Source: Schaalia meyeri (lineage in GTDB: Bacteria > Actinomycetota > Actinomycetes > Actinomycetales > Actinomycetaceae). From it: a DNA stretch of 32,000 nt. Of this stretch, positions 1-5,826 are shown in pieces. Each line of letters starts with the position of its first letter. Position 1 is the first letter of the stretch. Location of the stretch: contig NZ_FNLK01000005.1 of NCBI RefSeq assembly GCF_900105015.1, positions 420,001 to 452,000 on the forward strand. The letters run 5' to 3'. Position numbers and translations under genes: made by a program. The notes beneath the pieces were generated by a model. It was not told the origin of the DNA and did no database searches. It saw only the letters and a list, made by a program, of their open reading frames with translations.

Positions 1-352
1 GGACGACGCGATCGTGTGCGTCGTGTCGGGCGGCAACAACGACCTAACGCGCTACGCGGAGGTCATGGAACGCTCGCTGCGTCACGAGGGGCTGCGCCAC
101 TACTTCCTGGTGACCTTCCCGCAGCAGCCGGGCATGCTACGCATGTTCCTGGAGGACGTGTTGGGGCCTGCGGACGACATCGTGCACTTCGAATACACGA
201 AGAAGAACAACCGCGAGCTCGGTCCCGCGCTGGTGGGAATCGACCTGTCCAACCGGGACGACATCAACGGGTTGCGTCACCGCATGGAGTCCTCGCCTCT
301 ACACGTTGAGGAGCTGCCACTCGATTCGGAGATCACCCGGCTCGTGATATGA
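1..352 (+). CDS. ilvA: Threonine ammonia-lyase (threonine dehydratase), 3' part only; the gene starts left of the window
   Basis: The frame is open from base 2 (DDAIVCVVSGGNND...). The stretch ...RHYFLVTFPQQPGMLRMFLEDVLGPADDIVHFEYTKKNNRELGPALVGIDL... closely follows the single ACT-like C-terminal regulatory domain of short-form IlvA as I recall it from Bacillus subtilis. Stop TGA at 350-352. Confidence 0.88.
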   Translation, partial: DDAIVCVVSGGNNDLTRYAEVMERSLRHEGLRHYFLVTFPQQPGMLRMFLEDVLGPADDIVHFEYTKKNNRELGPALVGIDLSNRDDINGLRHRMESSPLHVEELPLDSEITRLVI

Positions 353-429
353 CCGACGAGAGTCTTCCCAGGGGCCAGGCGCAGCACCAGTCCGACGCGA
401 GCGGGTAGTGGTCTGGGTGCGCGTTGGCT

Positions 430-463
430 GCGCCACGCGGTGATTGAGGGCGCCGCGTGGCGC
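430..463. terminator. GC-rich hairpin between convergent ilvA and regulator genes; no U-tract
   Basis: Perfect 11-bp inverted repeat read directly: GCGCCACGCGG (430-440) pairs with CCGCGTGGCGC (453-463), 12-nt loop. It lies in the 112-bp gap between two convergent stop codons. Confidence 0.4.
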
Positions 464-464
464 G

Positions 465-896
465 TCAGGCGGCGAGGGTAACGGGTCGGGTGAGGCGCAC
501 GCGGACCGCGGGCGTGGAGTTGAAACGGTAGCCTTCGCCGCGGACGGTGGAGATGACGTCGGGCAGGACTGAGAGCTTCTTGCGGAGGCGGCGGATGTGG
601 GCGTCAACGGTGCGCGAGTTGGCCCCGAGTTCGCTTCCGGCCCAGACGGAGGCAAAGAGCTCCTCGCGGGTGACGGATCGGTCGGCGTTGGCTGCCAGGT
701 GTGCCAGCAGGTCGTGTTCCTTAGCGGACAGGCCCGCGTCCTTTCCATCCAGGGTGACCTGGCCGAGGTCGAGGTCGATGTTGATGCGGGAGGAGCTCAG
801 CCTTAAGTCGGCGAGGACATCGAGGAATTCCTTGTAGGTCGTGGGGGCGTCGTCGCTGGCACGGGCCAAGACAGTGGGGGTGTTGACGAGGGTCAT
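465..896 (-). CDS. Stand-alone OmpR/PhoB-type winged-helix DNA-binding protein (143 aa) with no receiver domain
   Basis: Residues ~55-125 (LSAKEHDLLAHLAANADRSVTREELFASVWAGSELGANSRTVDAHIRRLRKKL...VRGEGYRF) match the Trans_reg_C effector-domain pattern. Only ~50 residues precede it, too few for a CheY-like receiver. ATG at 896, weak SD. Confidence 0.75.
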   Translation of the reverse strand: MTLVNTPTVLARASDDAPTTYKEFLDVLADLRLSSSRINIDLDLGQVTLDGKDAGLSAKEHDLLAHLAANADRSVTREELFASVWAGSELGANSRTVDAHIRRLRKKLSVLPDVISTVRGEGYRFNSTPAVRVRLTRPVTLAA

Positions 897-1182
897 GGGT
901 GTATCCGATTCTTCGGGGCCGCATTCCCAGGATCAGCGTGGGCATATCACTGCGGCGGTGATTGACAGGGGTAAACGGGGTGCCAATCACATACACATTC
1001 GCGACATCATGCCGCCCGCGGGGCAGCACATGGGGTTCGCGAAGGTCGTCATGACACTAGTTTGTTCGTCGGAATCGCGGGCGGCAACACCATGTTCACA
1101 CTCTGAGATTGTGTAACGGCGACCGTCTCGCGGATGCCGCTAAGATCGCCCACGAGGCGCAGGCGCGCCGCCTCGTTACCCG

Positions 1183-1258
1183 TGGCGCCCCCGACAGGAC
1201 TCGAACCTGCAACCTCGGGATTAGAAGGCCCTTGCTCTATCCATTGAGCTACGGAGGC
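1183..1258 (-). tRNA. tRNA-Arg, anticodon TCT, CCA encoded
   Basis: Reverse complement folds as GCCTCCG/CGGGGGC acceptor, GCTC..GAGC D-arm, loop CTTCTAA, GCAGG-TTCGAGT-CCTGT T-arm, discriminator G plus CCA. The anticodon stem has only 3 G-C pairs flanked by A.G and C.U mismatches. Confidence 0.82.
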
Positions 1259-1414
1259 GTAGCGCTTGCGCGCCGTGTGTAAGACTAGCGGAGGTTCCCC
1301 GCGCTTTCCAACGGCGCCTCCGATGGGGGACGCGGAGCGCGGGAGGAACCGAATGGATGGGGCGCAGGCCTCCGCGATGGCTGGAAACCGGGTGTAAGGC
1401 CGCGGCGGCGGGCA

Positions 1415-1445
1415 TGACAAAGGCCCGGGACGCTCGTCCCGGGCC
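1415..1445 (-). terminator. Intrinsic terminator downstream of rpmF
   Basis: On the minus strand GGCCCGGGAC-GAGC-GTCCCGGGCC (10-bp perfect stem, 1422-1445) is followed by TTTGTC. It lies 17 nt after the rpmF stop. Confidence 0.6.
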
Positions 1446-1462
1446 CGTGCGTGGAAGTGAGG

Positions 1463-1633
1463 TCAGTCCTCGACGTCCAGGAGGCCGTTCTTGTAGGCCT
1501 TGGCCAGGCGGCGGGGCACGCGGATCTCACGGCCGGCGACCTTGACGGTGTTCAGCTCGGTAAGATCAGCCTTCCAGGTAGACCGGCGTGTGCGGGTGTT
1601 CGCACGGGACATCTTGCGCTTAGGAACTGCCAT
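1463..1633 (-). CDS. rpmF: 50S ribosomal protein L32 (56 aa), Cys-less form; absent from the ORF track because it is under 60 aa
   Basis: Hand translation codon by codon gives [56 protein letters not shown]. The MAVPKR..SR..R..RR..W opening is the L32 signature. SD GAGGAG lies 9 nt upstream of ATG 1633. Stop TGA at 1463-1465. Confidence 0.9.
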   Translation of the reverse strand: MAVPKRKMSRANTRTRRSTWKADLTELNTVKVAGREIRVPRRLAKAYKNGLLDVED

Positions 1634-1792
1634 GTCTTACCGCTCCTCTTCTTTCTCGACGACTATTCTGGTGCGCCACGCGGGCGCACGGCGACAACCC
1701 GACCAGGCTACCACGGACCGCGGCTTTGGGCACATCGCGCGCCCGCACGGTCCTGCGATTCTGGTTACAGACCCACTGGAGGCGGCCTCACC

Positions 1793-1798
1793 TAGACT
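1793..1798 (+). promoter_or_regulatory. Candidate -10 hexamer TAGACT, 6 nt upstream of the yigZ ATG (leaderless geometry)
   Basis: TAGACT-gatcgc-ATG(1805) with no SD in the spacer. No convincing -35. Confidence 0.35.
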
Positions 1799-1804
1799 GA
1801 TCGC

Positions 1805-2461
1805 ATGTCCGTTCTTCGCACGCTGGCCACAGGCACTCTCCTGACCCACCAGATCGAGATCAAGCGTTCGCGTTTCATAACGACGCTGGCCAGGACGGAT
1901 ACACCCACTGAGGCGCGCGACGTGATCGATATGGTGAAAGCCGAACACCCGCAGGCTCGTCACAACTGCTCCGCCTACCTCATTGCCCCCCAAGATGCCG
2001 CGCCCCTCCAGCATTCCTCGGACGACGGTGAGCCCCCGGGCACCGCGGGAACACCGATGCTTGAAGCCCTGCGCGCCTCCAACACGTGGAATGCGACGGC
2101 CGTCGTCACGCGATACTTCGGGGGAATCCTGCTGGGCACAGGCGGCCTCGTGCGCGCGTATTCAACCTCCGTGTCGCAGGCCGTGGCCGCCGCCCCCATC
2201 GCCTACCTCGCAGACCGCGACGTTCTGCGAACTCAGCTGCGGCCGGGCGACGCCGGACGCATCGAGGCCGAGCTTCGCGGGAAGGGTGCCGCGATCTTGG
2301 ATGCCCAGTGGTCGTCGACGGTCACCCTCACAATCGCAATCGCTCCGGCGCAACGCGAGGCCTTTGATGCGTGCCTGGCCCAGGCCTCGTCGGGCGAGAA
2401 ACAATTTCGCTACGTGGAAACGCGCCGAATTGAACTGGACGAGGCCCCTCGCGCAGGCTAA
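1805..2461 (+). CDS. yigZ: IMPACT/YigZ family protein (UPF0029)
   Basis: IEIKRSRFI...ARHNCSAY...SSDDGEPPGTAGTPML...VVTRYFGGILLGTGGLVRAY are the conserved blocks of the YigZ N-terminal domain. Confidence 0.85.
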   Translation: MSVLRTLATGTLLTHQIEIKRSRFITTLARTDTPTEARDVIDMVKAEHPQARHNCSAYLIAPQDAAPLQHSSDDGEPPGTAGTPMLEALRASNTWNATAVVTRYFGGILLGTGGLVRAYSTSVSQAVAAAPIAYLADRDVLRTQLRPGDAGRIEAELRGKGAAILDAQWSSTVTLTIAIAPAQREAFDACLAQASSGEKQFRYVETRRIELDEAPRAG

Positions 2462-2497
2462 CAATCGTGGTTGCTAACGCTAATGGAAGGAGCTCTC

Positions 2498-3430
2498 ATG
2501 GCACGCATCGCCTCTACCGTCGCCGACCTGATCGGCAAAACCCCTCTCGTCCGCATCCACCACGTCACCGGTGAAGGGGTCGACGTGGTCGCAAAGGTCG
2601 AGTCCTTCAACCCCGCGTCCTCCGTGAAGGACCGCATCGCCCGTTCGATCATCGACGCCGCGGAGGCGTCGGGAGCGCTGGGGCCCGGGGGCACTATTGT
2701 CGAGGCGACGTCCGGCAACACGGGTATCGCCCTGTCCATGGTGGGCGCAGCGCGCGGCTACAAGGTCGTCATCGTCATGCCCGCCTCCATGTCCATGGAG
2801 CGCCGATCAATCGTGCGGGCTTTCGGCGCCGAGCTCGTGCTGACAGACCCCAAAGGAGGAGTCCTGGCCGCGGTCGAGGAGGCGGAGCGCATCGCCTCCG
2901 AGCGTCCCGGCGCGATCATCGCCTCTCAGTTCACCAACCCCGCGAATCCCGCGGCGCACGTCGCACACACGGGCGAGGAAATCTGGGCGGACACTGACGG
3001 TCAGGTTGACGTCTTCGTCGCCGGCGTGGGTACGGGCGGCACCATCTCGGGCGTCGGCAAGGTCCTCAAGGAAAAGAACCCGAACATTCGTATCATCGCG
3101 GCCCAGCCCGCCGAGTCTCCCCTGCTGACCGGCGGTACTCCCGGCCCCCACGGCATGCAGGGCCTCATGCCTAACTTCGTGCCCGACACCTACGACGCCT
3201 CCGTCGTCGACGAGGTCATCTCCGTCGAGACCGCGCGGGCGCTGGAATTCGCTCGCCGCTCCGCCGCCGAAGAGGGGCTTCTCGTCGGCATCTCCTCGGG
3301 TGCCGCGCTTGCCGCAGTCGCCGCCGTCGCGGCCCGCCCCGAGATGGCCGGCAAGAAGATCGTGACGCTCCTGCCCGACACGGGTGAGCGTTACCTGTCG
3401 ACCGCCCTCTTCGCCGACCTCGCGGAGTAA
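2498..3430 (+). CDS. cysK: Cysteine synthase A (O-acetylserine sulfhydrylase)
   Basis: IGKTPLVRI...KVESFNPASSVKDRIA (PLP lysine motif)...EATSGNTGIAL...GVGTGGTISG. I start at ATG 2498 because GGAAGGAG (2485-2492) precedes it; the track start 2471 has no SD. Confidence 0.9.
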   Translation: MARIASTVADLIGKTPLVRIHHVTGEGVDVVAKVESFNPASSVKDRIARSIIDAAEASGALGPGGTIVEATSGNTGIALSMVGAARGYKVVIVMPASMSMERRSIVRAFGAELVLTDPKGGVLAAVEEAERIASERPGAIIASQFTNPANPAAHVAHTGEEIWADTDGQVDVFVAGVGTGGTISGVGKVLKEKNPNIRIIAAQPAESPLLTGGTPGPHGMQGLMPNFVPDTYDASVVDEVISVETARALEFARRSAAEEGLLVGISSGAALAAVAAVAARPEMAGKKIVTLLPDTGERYLSTALFADLAE

Positions 3431-3517
3431 TCAAACGGAATCCCCGCGGTGGCCCCGGGTGGAATATTCGGGGCCACCGCAGCGTTTTCGAACCAGTCGA
3501 CCATCCAGGAGGATCCC

Positions 3518-4162
3518 GTGAAGCTCACCGTGCGCGCCCTGTCTCACGCCCTGCGGCGTGCCCTGCCCACGAGGGCGCTCGGCCTGTTTCGCGAAGACCT
3601 TGCGACTGCCCGCCGTCGTGACCCGGCGGCCACGTCCTGCCTGGAGATCGCGCTCACGTATCCGGGCGTTCACGCCCTGTGGACCCACCGCGTCTCGAAC
3701 GCCCTGTGGCGGCGAGGCGCGCACACGCCCGCCCGCGTCCTGTCCTCCGCTGCCAGGGCGGTAACCGGGGTCGATATCCACCCGGAGGCGCAGATCGGCA
3801 GGCGGGTCTTTATCGACCACGCGACGGGCGTCGTCATCGGACAGACCGCCGAGGTGGGAGATGACGTCGTTATCTTCCACGGCGTCACGCTCGGCGGCGT
3901 GGCGATGACCCCCGGGAAGCGCCACCCCACCGTGGGCAACCACGTCATGATCGGCGCGGGCGCCAAGGTCCTGGGGCCCATCACCGTGGGAACCGGGGTC
4001 AAGATCGGCGCAAACGCCGTCGTCGTGAAGGACGTGCCCTGCGGAAACGTTGCGATCGGCGTTCCGGCACGCCTGCTGCCCAAGCCGCACAAGGACACGC
4101 GCGACCGCGACCTCATCGTCGACCCGAACCATTTCTTCGAGGAGCCTGCGCTCTACATCTGA
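3518..4162 (+). CDS. cysE: Serine O-acetyltransferase
   Basis: DPAA...YPG..A...HR....LW plus the hexapeptide-repeat region GVDIHPEAQIGRRVFIDHATGVVIGQTAEVGDDVVIFHGVTLGG...GKRHPTVGNHVMIGAGAKVLG. GTG 3518 is preceded by CCAGGAGGA (SD); the longer track ORF from 3449 has none. Confidence 0.85.
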   Translation: MKLTVRALSHALRRALPTRALGLFREDLATARRRDPAATSCLEIALTYPGVHALWTHRVSNALWRRGAHTPARVLSSAARAVTGVDIHPEAQIGRRVFIDHATGVVIGQTAEVGDDVVIFHGVTLGGVAMTPGKRHPTVGNHVMIGAGAKVLGPITVGTGVKIGANAVVVKDVPCGNVAIGVPARLLPKPHKDTRDRDLIVDPNHFFEEPALYI

Positions 4163-4224
4163 TCCGCCCGCGCACGCCGTCAGGAAACAGCTTCACGATC
4201 CGTGACAAAGTGAGCACCCTCACC

Positions 4225-4230
4225 TATAGT
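4225..4230 (+). promoter_or_regulatory. Candidate -10 hexamer TATAGT, 6 nt upstream of ATG 4237 (leaderless geometry)
   Basis: TATAGT-tggttt-ATG. This is the best match to the TANNNT consensus in the window and it lies inside the track's 5' extension (GTG 4210). Confidence 0.4.
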
Positions 4231-4236
4231 TGGTTT

Positions 4237-4728
4237 ATGGAAGCTCGAACTCTACATGCCCCACTGGATGCGTTGTCAGCGGCGAATCGCCCCCAGGGTA
4301 TCGAGATCGCCACGCTCACAACATTCGACATCCCCGCGCTCGCGGTGCTCACCCTCGAGGCCTACGGCGACGCCGTCACGCCCGAGGCCCTCATGGAAAC
4401 TTCTGAGGAGCTCCGCCTCACCTTCGAGGGCGCCTTCGGCGCAACCACGGAGGATTCCTTCATCGGCGCGTGGGATGGGGGGACGCTCGTCGGCGCGATC
4501 CTCGTCGTACGCGAATCTCCCTGGGACGACGCGCCGGACGGTCCCTTCGTGGTGGACCTGATCGTCGCTCCCGACTACCGCAGGCGTGGCATCGCAACCA
4601 CGCTCGTCGCGGAGGTCGCCTCCCGCTGCGCGTCCTGGGGCTTCGACAACCTCGCGCTGCGCCTCGATCCGCACCACGGCGGAGCAAACGAACTCTACTC
4701 GGTCCTCGGATTCGAGGAGATCGCGTAA
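4237..4728 (+). CDS. GNAT family N-acetyltransferase (start could alternatively be GTG 4210)
   Basis: The acetyl-CoA motif-A region VDLIVAPDYRRRGIATTLV and the C-terminal YSVLGFEE are typical of GNAT. Substrate unknown. Confidence 0.75.
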   Translation: MEARTLHAPLDALSAANRPQGIEIATLTTFDIPALAVLTLEAYGDAVTPEALMETSEELRLTFEGAFGATTEDSFIGAWDGGTLVGAILVVRESPWDDAPDGPFVVDLIVAPDYRRRGIATTLVAEVASRCASWGFDNLALRLDPHHGGANELYSVLGFEEIA

Positions 4729-4731
4729 GGA

Positions 4732-4760
4732 CGCGCGGGCGCGCGCCCCTTGCCCGCGCG
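4732..4760. terminator. GC hairpin between convergent GNAT and nei genes
   Basis: CGCGCGGGC (4732-4740) pairs with GCCCGCGCG (4752-4760), 11-nt loop, no U-tract. Confidence 0.35.
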
Positions 4761-4782
4761 CCTCTCCCGGTGCCGCGCGCCC

Positions 4783-5820
4783 TCAGCGCTGGCAAGACGG
4801 GCACCAGAAAAGGCGCCGACTCTGCATGAGGGCCTCGCGGATCGGCGTCCCACACCGCAGGCACGGCCGATCCGTCCGGTGGTACACGTACCACCGCGAG
4901 GCTTCCTCGTCCCCCTCGATGGGCGGGTTCGGCGCCTCGTCGGGATCCATCGTGTCCAGCCGCCCCGCGGCCAGACCTCGGTTCATGAGGTCGCAGACGA
5001 GGACCCACAGGTCACGCAGGCGCTTAAGCGAGACGTTGGCGCCCTTCCGGTGCGGCGAAATGCCCGCCAGGAACAGCGCATCCGCACGGTATATGTTCCC
5101 TACCCCGGCGATGATGGACTGATCCATGACGATCTCGCCTATCGCGCGCCGCTTGGCGTGCGCCACCTGGGCGAAGCGTTCCATCGCGTCCGCGTCGGCG
5201 CGAGCCCCCGCGTCGAGGGGGTCTGGCCCGAGCTTCGCCTCGGCAACGCGGCGCTCCTCGTCGGTGACCAGCTCGCAGCGGTTGGGACCCACCAGGTCCG
5301 CGACGGCGTGGTCGTTAAAAAGGCGCAGCCGCACAGCTCCGACAGGCTCCGGGGGTTCCCACTCCCCCGCCCTCGCCTCGCCGAAGCCTGCGCCCCATCG
5401 GGTCTCCGAGTGGCCGTTCCACTGCCCGCGTGGGACGTTGGGAATGCGGCGGGCGACGCCGTGGCCCTCATCGACCACGGTTTCGTCGCCGTTGAAACGC
5501 CACCACCCGTACAGGCCCAGGTGGATGTGCACCCAGCGCTCGGGCCAGGGCGCGTCCTCCCCCAGGATGGGTTCCCCGCTGCCTGCCGCGGCTCCCTCCA
5601 GGAGGGCCACCCCGGCCTCGTACGTCTGGCCGGGAACCGGCGGGACGAAACCGATGAACATGTGTTTGCCGTGGACGCGCACCCTCTGCATCACCCAGCC
5701 GTCCAGGTGGGCCGCGGAGGACGCGAAGCGTCCCTGCGGGGACGAAGCCGAGACGGTGCCCCCGACGAAGAGCTCGTCGAGGGTACCGGCTAGGCGACGA
5801 ATCGCATCGCCTTCAGGCAT
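4783..5820 (-). CDS. nei: Fpg/Nei family DNA glycosylase (endonuclease VIII-like), 345 aa
   Basis: N-terminal MPEGD (catalytic Pro2/Glu3), HGKHMF, helix-two-turn-helix block DQSIIAGVGNIYRADALFLAGISP, C-terminal zinc finger CLRCG...x16...CPSCQ. ATG lies 6 nt after the leuS stop, with GAGGA as SD. Confidence 0.82.
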   Translation of the reverse strand: MPEGDAIRRLAGTLDELFVGGTVSASSPQGRFASSAAHLDGWVMQRVRVHGKHMFIGFVPPVPGQTYEAGVALLEGAAAGSGEPILGEDAPWPERWVHIHLGLYGWWRFNGDETVVDEGHGVARRIPNVPRGQWNGHSETRWGAGFGEARAGEWEPPEPVGAVRLRLFNDHAVADLVGPNRCELVTDEERRVAEAKLGPDPLDAGARADADAMERFAQVAHAKRRAIGEIVMDQSIIAGVGNIYRADALFLAGISPHRKGANVSLKRLRDLWVLVCDLMNRGLAAGRLDTMDPDEAPNPPIEGDEEASRWYVYHRTDRPCLRCGTPIREALMQSRRLFWCPSCQR

Positions 5821-5826
5821 ACATCC

